From: a virus
Lineage: Duplodnaviria > Caudoviricetes
Direction: 5' to 3' (one strand)
IMG/VR virus record: IMGVR_UViG_3300029288_000086
Location: 1 to 64,000 of that record
DNA: 64,000 nucleotides
Shown here one piece after another: positions 43,889-56,166 of this stretch (positions are counted from its first letter, which is position 1; each line of letters starts with the position of its first letter). The notes under the pieces are model-generated. The model did not search any database, was not told the DNA's origin, and saw only the letters and a list, made by a program, of their open reading frames with translations. Made by a program: the position numbers and the translations under genes.

Positions 43889-43899
43889 TGTGGTAAACT
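43871..43899 (+). promoter_or_regulatory. sigma70-type promoter
   Basis: TTGACA-17-TAAACT with TGn. Similar promoters at 47005, 50901 (TTGATA, before tRNA-Trp) and 52693. Confidence 0.7.
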
Positions 43900-43930
43900 T
43901 ATTGTATAAATTAAACGAACAAGGAGAATT

Positions 43931-44374
43931 ATGAATATATATTTAGCACATCCAATTAGTGGGCAGACAAGGGAAGAAATATTTAAATATTATGACCAAG
44001 CAATCTTGGACTTAAAAGATAATTTTAAAGTTTTTCACCCAATGTTGGGCAAAGATTATTTAAGAAATGATCCTAAAGAAAGAGCAAAACCAGCAGGACA
44101 AAATTCACTCAATCCTGTTGCAACAAATCATGCCATTAAAGAACGTGATAAATGGATGGTCACTCAATCTGATGTAGTATTTTTAGATTTTACTGGAGCA
44201 GAAAGAATTTCTATCGGTTGTTGTATGGAACTTGCTTGGGCAGACCTTTTAGGAAAACATACAATTGTTGTAATTGATGAATTGCATAATCATGCATTTG
44301 TATTAGATTGCGCAGACATTGTTTTTAACAATTATAATGAAGCACTTGAATATTTAAAATTATTTAAGTTTTAA
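43931..44374 (+). CDS. nucleoside 2-deoxyribosyltransferase-like
   Basis: IYLAHPI, RDKWMV..SD, SIGCCMELAWA. Confidence 0.8.
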   Translation: MNIYLAHPISGQTREEIFKYYDQAILDLKDNFKVFHPMLGKDYLRNDPKERAKPAGQNSLNPVATNHAIKERDKWMVTQSDVVFLDFTGAERISIGCCMELAWADLLGKHTIVVIDELHNHAFVLDCADIVFNNYNEALEYLKLFKF

Positions 44375-44423
44375 CCCCATGAAATGGTATTTTCATGTGG
44401 TACTAAAAATAAAAAGGAAAAAA

Positions 44424-47400
44424 ATGGGAATACGAGATCAGAATAAAAGATTTTATTTGGAATGTGACTGCGGATGTGGAATTTTAGAATTTGAGAGATG
44501 GTATTGGGAAGAAGGCAACGAAGATAATTCCCTATCATTTACTTATTATGTTAGATCCTTTGACGCTTCATGGTTTACTTCTTTTAGACGAAGAATCAAA
44601 CAAGCGTGGAAACTACTAATTGGCGACGATTCATTTGTGTGGAACGTCTGCGTAGAAGAAAAAGATTTAACAAAATTTAAAGAATTTGTAAATTCTATAT
44701 GATCACCATAAAATGAAGTTTTCATGGGATAGAGAAAAAGGATAATTATGTTTACACAAAAAATGTATAAAGCATTGCGTAGAGACAATCAAGGGAAAGA
44801 AAATATTATTACTGATCTATTAAATGAAATTGATAGACTAAATAAAGAATTACATCCGGTATGTAATTGTGAAAGATGCACAGGGATAAATGATTATTGT
44901 TTAGAAAGCGAAGATGACAACCCTAGTTTTTCAATGCATTAAATATAACCCCATGAAATCAAACTTTCATTGGATATAGAAAGGAATAATAATGGCATCA
45001 ATATCTTGTGGAGCAGAAACAGATGATATTTTAGATTCAATCTTTGATATATGTATGGACTATACAAAAACGCCTCAAGAAAGAAAAAAGAAAATTTATG
45101 ATGATGTTGTTGGGAAATTAGTATCTTCTTATAATTCAGCAGATCAAATAAGCGAATTTCTTGACAAAGAAGGTGGAGAAGAATGGGAAAGAGCACAAGA
45201 TGAAATGCGTGACAGAGGTAGTTATGGATGGGCGCGTATGGTAATACAAATGATTAAAAATATGCGAGAAGATAATTAACCCTATGAAATAAATGTTTTA
45301 TTGAATTAAATATAAAAAAGGAAAATTTATGAGCTTAACAAATTCTGGAAAATGCGAAAAATGTGGAAAAGATTTTTTTTGGAGCATCGGTAATCCTAGT
45401 TGGTTTTTTGGGAACTGGGAATTAGATTTAAAAATTATGTTTGGAGAATTATTAACAAACGAAGAAAAAGAAATAATAAAAGCAGAAAAGGCAATGAAAG
45501 CATGGTGGTTTTCGGTAAGAAACTTATGCCAAAAGTGTGCTCCTCCTCCGCCTAAAAAAGATGGAATTAAAATATCAATTGGTATGACGTAATAATTTTT
45601 CTATATACAAAGGATAAAAATGAACGCAATAATTACAGTAAAATTTAAATTATCAGGTGTTTGCGACCCTGAAGATTTAAAAAATACGGGAATGACTTTT
45701 GAGGAAATGGTTCGATACCTAATTTTACAAGAAGGTATTTTTGGACTAGTGGGAGATGACGGAGCAATTATAAATATAGAAGTTTCACAATAATATAAAG
45801 GACAATATATGATAACCAACGAAATATATAGAGTTTGTAAAACAAAAGAAGATTTTGCAGAAATAAAAGATTTTGATGATTTTGAATCTGCATATACTCA
45901 TTACAGAAAAGATATAGATCAATATATTGCAGGTAAGATAGTTCATAAATATGATTTTGAAGAAGTATTCTTTGATTTTGATAAAAGAAAATATCCACCA
46001 AGAGACCAAATTATAGATATGATAGAGAATACATAAGGAGACGATATGGAAAAAGAAGAATATAAGACTTATGTTTGTCAACTCGCAGATCTTCTAGAAG
46101 ATTCACTAGAAGATGCAGATTTTTGGTATAGCGAATGCCCCTTATACGCAGAGCATTCGGAACTATCAATCGCGCATCAGCAAATAAAAACAAAAGCTAC
46201 AGATATTTTACGGCAACTCGACAAGAAAATTCAGGAGGAATTAGCGAATGACGCAAGATGAATTTCAAGAAGTAATCAACGATAATAAGCAAGAAGAGGA
46301 TACATTTTCAATAGGATTATTGCATTTTCCAGATTGGGATAAAATAAAAAGATTAACTGGAAAAAGTAAGGAGGAGTGGCATAATGAAATTTATAGATAA
46401 GCTATTAGAAAGTACTAGGCATGGTAAAATTGATGATGCGTGGAATTTTTTTCCACCAGATAGATACAAATATCGAAGGATGTTTGATCCTCTTACAAAT
46501 CTAAATTTTTCCTTATCTGATAAAGTAATAGAATTTTTTGAAGAAAATAATAAAATAAAAAATAGAGAGAAAAAAGACAAGGGATTGATCATTTTTCCTA
46601 ATGGAGCATCCTTAGAAGTTGATAGAGAAAAACTATTAGAATTAAGTGCTGAATGTAAAAGAGCAATTATCAGGTTTATGGAGCATCTATCATCAGATTA
46701 CGTTAGTGGGAAAATGGAAGCGGATTTGCAAGCAAAACAAGATGCAAAAGATAAGCAAGAATCTAAATCAGAGGAGGCTTCGACGGATGAGGAACAAGAA
46801 GATTAGTTTGAAATATAAGGCGATGAAGCATCTATTTGAAGATATGAATTATCTTGTTAGTTTAGGTTTTGCAGAATATGTTGCTGATCCAAAAACTGGA
46901 GAAGATGGTTGGCGAATCAATCCAAAAGGCATGGAACTTCTTGAGAATTATCAAGAAAGCACTCATCCCACTCCATGAAATTGAAGTTTCATGGTAATTG
47001 GGTATTGACAAGATAAAGAAAATATGATATAAATATTACAAGATAGGATAAAAATGGATGTACAAATTAAAAAAGATAATGTTTTTATTGGGATACCAAT
47101 GAAAAATAGAAGATTTGTTGTAGATAAAGAAACTCTGAATACAATATTATCAGACAACGGATTCCAAGAAACATTTTACCTTAATATAAAAAATTTAGGA
47201 AATGAATTATTTTCTATTTATTTTCAAGATAAAAAAGATGTCCCTTTTGATAGGAATAATATTTATTTTCCTGGACACGATAATATAAATATCGAAAGAA
47301 AACTAACATGAAATGGAGATTTCATAATGATAAATACTAGTCAATTTGAAGAAATAAATAAGATTACCGACCCCATAGATGCAGCTAAAAGATATCTCCG

Positions 47401-48272
47401 TGCTGTTTCTTTGTTTAGAGACAATTGTGAAACCGACATAAATGAAATAATTTTTGACGATTTAGCATATCGCTTTACAGAAAAATGGGCTGAGATTGTT
47501 TCTAAATTACCCAATGAAAGCGCAATTTCATTGGAGGATAATGGATAAAAAATATTGCACAAATTGTATACTAAATTGTAGTAATAAGGCAAATGTTATT
47601 GCTTGTAGTGGGCCAGTTTATAGAGAAAAAGAAGAAATATTAAATGGTTGGAGATTCAGGCATAATAAGAAATTTTATTTTTATTGTCCATCACAAAATG
47701 AATTGATTAAATTAGATTCTATGGAGTAAATTATGGTAAACAATTATTACAAATGGACAGACGAACATATCCAAGAATTAAAAACGAAAGCAAAAAATCT
47801 TGATGGATATATTCTCTACTCTTTATACTGTAACGCATTAGATGAATTATTGTCACTAGCAAAAGAAACTAGTGTCATGTATGATAATCGAAGAGAATTT
47901 GAAGAAAAATATCGCAATTTATATAACATATTAGAAAAAGTTCAAGACGAAATAAATGATAACTTTCAACAATAAAACTATTATTTCATGAGGTAAAATA
48001 TGACAAAATGTTCTGCAATTATTCAGTTTGGTGATGATTATGGCGATAATCATTGCACATTTCATTGTCAGTTAGATGAAGGTCATTCAGACGAACATTT
48101 AGAAATTGGTAATATGTATGGGGTTCCTTATCGCCTAGAATGGGTTGGTGATATGACGGAAAAGGAAATTGATGAATCTGGATTGAGTTTGATTAAAGAA
48201 GAAGATAGAGATGAATTGCCTACTGTTATGGAAGACGCAATGATGAAGGCAATAAGAAATAAAAGCACATAA
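44424..48272 (+). CDS. array of small hypothetical ORFs
   Basis: e.g. 44424-44702, 44748-44942, 44992-45279, 45329-45592, 45809-46036, 46046-46261, 46384-46806, 47054-47311, 47327-47548, 47733-47975, 48000-48272. Confidence 0.7.
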
Positions 48273-48295
48273 AACGACCATTTCATGAGGATAAT

Positions 48296-48829
48296 TTGGC
48301 ATATTATACAGGCATTGGATCTAGAGAAACACCGCAAGAGATTTTAGACTTATTTATTATTGTAGGAAGATTCTTAGCACAAAAGAATTTTACATTACGA
48401 TCAGGTCATGCAAAAGGTGCAGATCAGGCATTCGAAATAGGATGTGATAAAGTAAAAGGTAAAAAAGAAATATACATTCCTTGGAAAAATTTTGAAAACT
48501 CCGATTCTAGCTTAATAGTATCAAAGCCTAAAGCCTTTGAAATAGGAGAGAAATTTCATCCCGCATGGGGCAATCTGTCAGATGGTGCTAGAAAATTACA
48601 GGCAAGAAATAGTCACCAAATACTAGGTGAAGAATTATGCGAGTTGCCTGATTTTGTAATTTGCTGGACTAAAAAAGGAAAAGGTTCTGGGGGAACAGGA
48701 CAAGCAATAAGAATTGCAAAATATTATAACGTGCCAATATTTGATGCAGGAGCTTATAATAGCATCGAGGAAGTAAAAAAAGAATTAAAAATATTTTTGT
48801 TGCCGAGGATAAAAAGTGAGAGAATATAA
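48296..48829 (+). CDS. SLOG/DprA-like nucleotide-binding protein
   Basis: YTGIGSRETP, LRSGHAKGAD.AFE, ARN, SGGTGQAIRIA. Confidence 0.7.
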   Translation: MAYYTGIGSRETPQEILDLFIIVGRFLAQKNFTLRSGHAKGADQAFEIGCDKVKGKKEIYIPWKNFENSDSSLIVSKPKAFEIGEKFHPAWGNLSDGARKLQARNSHQILGEELCELPDFVICWTKKGKGSGGTGQAIRIAKYYNVPIFDAGAYNSIEEVKKELKIFLLPRIKSERI

Positions 48830-49096
48830 AGAAATTAATACTAAAAAATTAGTAGAATCAAAACTTGTCTGCAATAAATGTGGTTTGACTTATGATGATG
48901 AAAAATCAGAACATGATTATGAAGAATGGCAATGGGAAACAATGTTCCCATTCAAAATCCATTTCGGATATTCAACAAAACATGATTTAGAAAACTGGGA
49001 ATTTGATTTATGCGAAAAGTGCATTGAAGAAATTGTATCCACTTTTAAAATTCAACCAAAAGTAGAAAATTATGATCCGTTTCATTAAAGGGCAAT

Positions 49097-49381
49097 ATGA
49101 CAACAAAAGTAGTTCATTGTAAAAAAGAAAAATATGATATTTATATTGGCAGACCTTCTATTTGGGGCAATCCTTTTAGTTGGAAAGAAAGAACTTTAGC
49201 AAAATATCAATGCAAAGACAGGGAAGATTCTTTGCGATTATATAGAGAATACGCATTAAACAATACTGAAATTATGCGAAGATTACCAGAATTAAAAGAC
49301 AAAGTTTTAGGATGTTGGTGTAAGCCATTGGCTTGTCATGGTGACGTGTTAATTGAAATTATGAAGGATAATAACATATGA
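49097..49381 (+). CDS. DUF4326-like protein
   Basis: IYIGRPSIWGNPF..LGCWCKPLACHGDVL. Confidence 0.8.
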   Translation: MTTKVVHCKKEKYDIYIGRPSIWGNPFSWKERTLAKYQCKDREDSLRLYREYALNNTEIMRRLPELKDKVLGCWCKPLACHGDVLIEIMKDNNI

Positions 49382-49851
49382 TAAGAATAATCGAAGATGA
49401 TATTTTCAATTCACCCATAAACACCATTATTTGCCATCAAGTAAATTGCCAAGGTGTCATGGGAAGCGGTATTGCTAAGGAAATTAAATCTCGTTATCCG
49501 TCCGTATATGAACAATATAAATCTTTTTGTGGCAGTTTAGATAGAAAGTACCTTTTAGGAATGGGACATTTGTCCATAGACAATCGCACCAATAGAGTTA
49601 TTGGAAATTTATTTGGGCAAGATGGTTATGGGAAAGGGTTGCAAACAGATTATTTTGCTTTACAATCTGCTCTCGGAGATGTAAAGAAATTTGCAAAAGA
49701 TCATCACCTCCTTGTCGCTATACCGTTCGGTATAGGGCGTGGTTTTGGAGGTGGAGATTGGAATATTGTGTATAAAATAATAGAAACCGTTTTTGAAGAT
49801 TATGACAATGTTGTTATTTATAAGCTACCAGATGAAACACGCATTTCATGA
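49378..49851 (+). CDS. macrodomain (ADP-ribose binding/hydrolase) protein
   Basis: HQVNCQGVMGSGIA, NLFGQ, IPFGIG.G.GGGDW. Confidence 0.85.
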   Translation: MIRIIEDDIFNSPINTIICHQVNCQGVMGSGIAKEIKSRYPSVYEQYKSFCGSLDRKYLLGMGHLSIDNRTNRVIGNLFGQDGYGKGLQTDYFALQSALGDVKKFAKDHHLLVAIPFGIGRGFGGGDWNIVYKIIETVFEDYDNVVIYKLPDETRIS

Positions 49852-50938
49852 GGTAAAAATATGAAAAAAGAAGAGTTCATAAAGAAAGTTAAACAAATTT
49901 CTAACCCTAGGATTATAGAAAGTATGGATGAATATTTAATTCTTCTAAATACTTATTGGGTCGTTGAAAGTGCAGATTTTGGTAATTTTGATCATTTCTG
50001 TACGCCACCAGTAAAACTTTCTTATAAACCTCATGAGGGTGGATCCGCTGTTCAAAAGAAAATTGACAATTTTTATAAACGAGAATCCGCACTTAGAGAA
50101 AAATATTTTAGATGGTTTGATGAAGCAATTAATAAGGAGAATATATGAATATAGATTTAGAGAATGTTAAGATTTATGAAGCTTTTAGACGATGCATAAA
50201 TAGTACACCACTAGAAGAAATTCATTGGTTTGAGAATGGTGAGGAAGTTGTTATTGATAAAGAAGTTATAAGTGAGTTTGAAGATATTGGATTAAACAAT
50301 ATTGATTTTGCTACAATGAAGTATTGGAAAAGGGTATAATGTGAAAACTAAATTTAAATTAGCAGGAAGTTCAGCCAACGTGGTTTTACGTGATGGAAAA
50401 ATATTTTATGATAGAAAGTATGCAGATGATTATTTAGTTTGCGAACAAGCCGAAACATCAAATGTTTTCTCTTTTCAAGAACATTTTTTGCCCATGATAA
50501 AAAAGACCACACAATCCTCTTCATTTGAAGACGGCAGATATCATGTTTATTTTACGGGAACGGTTGTTTGGAACGGTGGGCATAATAGTGAAAGCGGAAT
50601 CTGGGAGGGTTGGGATAAACCAGAATTAGATTATGTGCATTGGAAAAAACTAAATGACACCATGAAAGAATAGTTTCATGGGCCTAAAAGGAGAAGAATG
50701 AAAGAAATTGAAGAAATTCACGAATTAGATAACCTAAAAATTATTACAATGAGATATGTCACTAGTGAATATGGTAGCCATTATGAAATAGAATTAGAAG
50801 GTGGAATTTTTGCTAATTTCCATGGCGGAAGTGTTGGCTATGAAAACGCAACTCCATGGTATTACATGGAAAAAAGAAATAAGTTAGAATTATTAGACAC
50901 TTGATAAATAAACACATCTATGATAATATTATAGGTAT

Positions 50939-51014
50939 GGGACGTTAGCGCAATTGGTAGAGCACTCGCCTCCAAAGCGAATGGTTAGGGGTTCAAGTCC
51001 TCTACGTCCCGCCA
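50939..51014 (+). tRNA. tRNA-Trp(CCA)
   Basis: GGGACGT/ACGTCCC acceptor, anticodon loop CTCCAAA, GGTTCAAGTCC, encoded 3' CCA. Confidence 0.92.
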
Positions 51015-51167
51015 AAGGAATAATATGGCAAATATAGAAATAATTTTATTTTGTTTCGTTGTTGTCTTAATAACGATAGTTTTATTGTGTTTAGTGGCCG
51101 AGATATTGAATAAACTTACCATGAAATGAGGGTTTATGGGGTATAATATAAATATAAAAGGAGCATT

Positions 51168-51704
51168 ATGAAAGCATTCAATCCAGAAGAACATATGATT
51201 TTTAATGGCATTATTGGAAGTAGATTATATGGAACAAATAGCGAAACTTCAGATACTGATTTTCGTGGAATTTGTCTTCCGACATTAAAAGTCTTGCTTG
51301 ATCCATTCAATCGTTTCGAGCAAAAAGACTCAGGCTTTAACGAAGATGACCGTGTAATTTATTCATTAGATAAGTTTATTAAATTGTGTGCAGATTCAAA
51401 TCCGAACATTCAAGAACTCTTGTTTGTTCCAGAATCAAAAACTTTATTTAAAACTAAACAATGGGATTTGATTTTAGAAAATAGACACTTGTTTTTAAGC
51501 AAGAAAGCGAAGCATACTTTCCTTGGGTACTCCTGGGCACAAATTCAAAAAGCTAAAGTTCACCGCAAATGGTTTTTAGATCCACCAAAAGAAAAACCAA
51601 CAAGAAAAATGTTTGGATTAACAGATTCTCCAATTATTTCGGGAGAAGGCTTACAGGCGGCATCTAATATTAGATTTGATTTATTTACAGAATCTTTGCC
51701 GTAG
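51168..51704 (+). pseudogene. RlaP/YcgL-like nucleotidyltransferase, apparently C-terminally truncated
   Basis: GSRLYGT...SDTDFRG, KF..L...NPN..ELLF, FLGY; ends abruptly where CCA-enzyme sequence begins in the +1 frame. Confidence 0.6.
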
Positions 51705-52725
51705 AGATTTTACTATTAATGCAATGGCATATAATGAAGACGAAGGTTTGATTGATCCGTTTGATGGGCTACAAGATATAGAAAATCATCTTATTAAATG
51801 CGTAGGAAAAGCGAACGATAGATTTCGAGAAGATGCATTAAGAATGCTTCGTGCGATAAGATTTTCCGCGCAATTGGGGTTTTCTATAGAAGAAGAAACA
51901 GAATCATACATCATAAATAACTGTAATTTAATTGCAAATGTATCATCAGAAAGAATTAATGCTGAAATTTGTAAAATACTAATATCAAATCACCCTGAAA
52001 AAATAGCATCAATATATCTTAATAATTTATCAAAACATTTTCTTCCAGAACTTGATGCGTTGTTTTCTTGTGAACAAAATACGCCTTGGCACATCTATAA
52101 TGTAGGAATTCATACTCTTGAAGCACTAAAAAACAGTAAAAATGATTTAGTACTGAGATTAGCAATATTATTCCACGACATAGGTAAGCCTTCCTCCAAA
52201 ACCACAACACCCGAAGGGATAGATCATTTTTATCATCATCCAATAAAATCAGCAGAAATAGCAAAAGAGACAATGACAAGGTTACATTTCGATAATAAAA
52301 CTATTGAGGATGTCGTAACTTTAGTTTCTTATCACGATGCAACGATAGATACAAATAAACGTTCTATCAAAAGAATGTTAAATAAAATTGGCGAAGAATT
52401 GTTTTTCAAATTGCTTGATTTGCAATACGCAGATTGTAGTGCTCAAAATCTAGAATTGTCAATAGAAAAAATAAATTTATTGCCAAAAATCAGAAAAATG
52501 GCACAAGAAATTTTGACAGAAAAAGAACCGTTTGGCATAAAGGATCTTGCAATTAATGGAAACGACATGATGGCACTAGGCTACAAACCCAACAAAGAAT
52601 TAGGCAATGCTTTATCAACAATTTTGGAATTGGTTATTGATGATTCAACCTTAAACACAAAAAATCAATTACAAGAAATTGCTTCAAAACTCTTGACAGA
52701 TTCAACAAACTGTGGTAAACTTTAA
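51676..52725 (+). pseudogene. cca: CCA-adding enzyme (class II, with HD domain) lacking its N-terminal head
   Basis: RRDFTINAMAY, IDPFDG, RFREDALRMLRAIRF, VSSERI, HDIGKP, LAINGND; motif A (GGxVRD..DxD) absent. Confidence 0.75.
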
Positions 52726-52745
52726 ACATAAGGAGATTTTTTAAA

Positions 52746-53231
52746 ATGGAATATAGACTTTATTTTTTCGTGCCATACAATATTTCAGATATCCAAAAAG
52801 GTATTCAAGCAGGACATGCTGCCATTCAATATGCAATTCAATATGCACAAAATCAAGATTTCCGTGATTTCTTCATAAATGATAAAACTTGGATAATTTT
52901 GAATGGAGGAACGACTAGATTTCCAAAACAAGATACTGAGGGGCAAGGAACATTAAACCAAATTATGGACGATCTAGAAGCAAACGGAATCAATCATTCT
53001 TATTTCTGCGAACCAGATTTGAATTATGCTCTCTCTGCCATTTGTTTTCTTGTTGACGAGAGAGTTTGGGACAAAGAATTATATCCTGATTGGCAAGAAT
53101 ATGTAGGATTTAATCATGACAATGATAAACATTTTGATACTCGACAAACATACGATGATTGGAAAAATTTTATTGGCGGTGAAAAAAACGTATTTTTGCG
53201 CGAATTATTAAAAGATAAACATTTGGCATAA
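52746..53231 (+). CDS. PTH2-like (peptidyl-tRNA hydrolase fold) phage protein
   Basis: YFFV..IS..QKGIQAGHA, KTWIILNGG, F.EPDLN..LSAI. Confidence 0.55.
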   Translation: MEYRLYFFVPYNISDIQKGIQAGHAAIQYAIQYAQNQDFRDFFINDKTWIILNGGTTRFPKQDTEGQGTLNQIMDDLEANGINHSYFCEPDLNYALSAICFLVDERVWDKELYPDWQEYVGFNHDNDKHFDTRQTYDDWKNFIGGEKNVFLRELLKDKHLA

Positions 53232-53254
53232 ATACACAATGAAAGGAATATTTC

Positions 53255-54874
53255 ATGGGACTTAAAAAATTATCACAAGACTTAATTAATAATATGTATT
53301 TTGATTATGATGACGGACAAGAAATTATAGAAGAAACGGCATTAGCTGCGTTATTGCAATCAGAAATAGCATTTTGCTATCCGCAACCAAATAAGTCAAA
53401 AGAAGATGAATCTGTTATAGCATTGGGCGTAAATTGCAATGATATATTTTGGTGGGGTTGTGCAGATTTGGAGCTTTTTAATTATTCTGAAATTCAATCT
53501 TTGTATGAATCATCTTTTGATAAAGAGGGAAATGAAAAACCATGGGGATCAATTATTTGGTCTTGTTTGCATAGAAAAATGAGACCGCAACACCCAGTTG
53601 AAGATATGATGAAAAAGCAAGGATTTTGGACTAATGATTTAGAAGCACTACCTGTTCGTGTGAATACTGGATAGTCTCCATGAAAGAGTCATTTCATGGG
53701 ACAATGACCACTGTATATAGTGGTAGTATGACAGATATGGTAGAAGATATGAAGGCAATGAAAGGATAATATGAATTTTTTACAAAAAATATTAAAAAGA
53801 GAAGAATATAGAGCAATAAGAGAATATGATGAAAAAGAAAGAGTTGCTGCTCACAATCAACTAATGTCAGAATTATCTTTATTAGAAAATCCAGAATTTA
53901 GATTCGACAATATAAAAATATTGTTAGATTATGAAAATTCGCCAGAATATAAACTAATTGAACTAAAAAGAAAATATTTAAGATTGGTGAAAAGAATTTG
54001 CATTTTTAATAATATTCCTATAGAAAATAAAGATACTGTTGGAAATATTAATTCAAAATTATCAAAAATTTACTCAAAATTAAATGTTCCGGGAAATACA
54101 ACATTAAAAAAATATGTTGAATTGTTATCAGAAATAAATAATAGCATATAAGGGAACAAATTATGATAATAAAATATTTTTGTGATTGTGGAAAAGAATT
54201 AAATTTTGATCAATTTGAATATGACGACTACCCTAAGACTATTTTTTGTGGATGTGGGTCTAAATACGATAAAGGATTTTGTGAAGAATGTGGGCATTTT
54301 CATGTTGACCAAATGTATGTTGCTCCAAAAGAAACTATGCAACAGCAAAAAGATGGTCAGCATCATAATGTGGTTATATAGGATTCACAGGGTTTTAAAA
54401 TGGTTGTTTATTATTCTAATCGTAATTATTATTTTGGAAATGATAAATATATTTTAAGGAGACGATATGAATAAGATTTATAGCGTTGATAAGAATACTA
54501 GCGTTGGAGAATTTTGCTCAGGAATATTTATTGATCTGTTTTCAGCAATACAACACGCAAAACATATTTCTAAAACTGAAGGAAATATAACATATGTTTA
54601 TCAACATATTCTCAAAAACAAAGAATATGTCCCTGATGGAATGATTTTTGATTCAAGTACTTTTGAATCAGAACCAGAATAGGAGAAAAATATGTATGTA
54701 AAAAAATTTGATAAAATGGGAATAGATGAATTTACAACATTATCATTTCCTTCAGAAAAAGAACTGCTGAATTTTCTAGAAAATAATCCCAATTATGCGT
54801 TACACTGGGATAATGAATATTTATGGGAATTAAATAAAATTTATGTTAATGGTTGGGAAGATCCACGCCCATAG
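53255..54874 (+). CDS. small hypothetical ORFs (53255-53674, 53771-54151, 54163-54381, 54467-54682, 54692-54874)
   Basis: Co-oriented short ORFs; 54163-54381 is Cys-rich. Confidence 0.65.
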
Positions 54875-54908
54875 AACAAGTATTTCATGATATAAAATAA
54901 GGATAAAT

Positions 54909-55319
54909 ATGAAAAAAATTGAAAATATAATTAAATTTATGATAGATGCACACGGAGATCAAAAATATGGCAATTTGCCATTTTGTGTTCATCCCCTGTT
55001 GGTTTCAAGACATTTTGAAGATAATACTTTAAAAACTGTAGCATTATTACATGATGTGATTGAAGACACTCCATATTCTTTTGAAGATATTCGAAATTTA
55101 TTTGGCGAAGAAATTGCTATTGCAGTCGATGCTATTTCACGAAGAGATGATGAAAAATATTTAGAAGACTACATCCCAAGAGTAGCCAAAAACGCATTAG
55201 CCAAACAAGTAAAAATTGCAGATTTACAAGAGAATATTCATAGTGCTAAATTTTGTTATTTGGGATATGAAAAATTAATTCCTAGATATGAAAAGGCATT
55301 AAGAATTTTACAATCATAA
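54909..55319 (+). CDS. HD-domain (p)ppGpp hydrolase-like (small alarmone hydrolase / Mesh1-like)
   Basis: AHGDQ, P..VHP, ALLHDVIEDT, FG..IA..V, VKIADL.EN. Confidence 0.8.
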   Translation: MKKIENIIKFMIDAHGDQKYGNLPFCVHPLLVSRHFEDNTLKTVALLHDVIEDTPYSFEDIRNLFGEEIAIAVDAISRRDDEKYLEDYIPRVAKNALAKQVKIADLQENIHSAKFCYLGYEKLIPRYEKALRILQS

Positions 55320-55361
55320 TACCATGAAATAAGGATTTTATTGGTCTGGAAGGAGAAATAA

Positions 55362-56135
55362 TTGAAACTTAAAGATATAGCAAAAGAATCGTATTATCAT
55401 GAAAAAGGTGGAATGCTTTTAAAAGGTGATTGTTTAGATTGGATGCCGAAATTACCAGACAAGTCTATTGACATGATATTATGTGATTTACCTTACGGTA
55501 CAACAAAATGTCGTTGGGATACAATTATCCCACTAGATAAATTATGGTTGCAATATAATAGAATTATAAAAGATAATGGATCTATATGTTTGTTTGCTCA
55601 ACTTCCTTTCGATAAAGTTCTTGGATGTAGCAATTTGGAAATGTTACGATATGAATGGGTATGGGAAAAGGAACAAGGAACAGGGAATTTGAATGCCAAT
55701 AAAATGCCTTTAAAAAAGACTGAAAATATTCTTGTTTTCTATAAAAAGTTACCTTTATATAATCCTCAAAAAACCATTGGAAGACCATATGAAATTGAAA
55801 GAGAATATAATGATAACGAAATATTTGGGAAAACAGGAACAAGAGATGGATATATTACTAAGAATGATGGTTTTAGATATCCAACAAATATTTTAAAGTT
55901 TAATCGAGAACTGAAGAACAGATTACATCCAACGCAAAAACCAGTATTATTACTTGAGTATTTAATCAAAACTTATACTAATGAAAATGAAATTGTCTTA
56001 GATAATACGGCAGGATCGTGTGGTGTGGCAATTGCCTCTAAAAACATTAATCGTAAATGGATTTGTATTGAGAAAGATCAAAAGTATTGTGATGTTTCTA
56101 TAGACAGAATTAAGAATTGGACAATAACCCCATGA
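55362..56135 (+). CDS. N6-adenine/N4-cytosine DNA methyltransferase (beta class)
   Basis: DLPYG, HPTQKP, VLDNTAGS; paralog of 33753-34508; bracketed by sites 55324 and 56132. Confidence 0.9.
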   Translation: MKLKDIAKESYYHEKGGMLLKGDCLDWMPKLPDKSIDMILCDLPYGTTKCRWDTIIPLDKLWLQYNRIIKDNGSICLFAQLPFDKVLGCSNLEMLRYEWVWEKEQGTGNLNANKMPLKKTENILVFYKKLPLYNPQKTIGRPYEIEREYNDNEIFGKTGTRDGYITKNDGFRYPTNILKFNRELKNRLHPTQKPVLLLEYLIKTYTNENEIVLDNTAGSCGVAIASKNINRKWICIEKDQKYCDVSIDRIKNWTITP

Positions 56136-56166
56136 AATGCAAATTTTATTAAAAGGAGAATGAATA

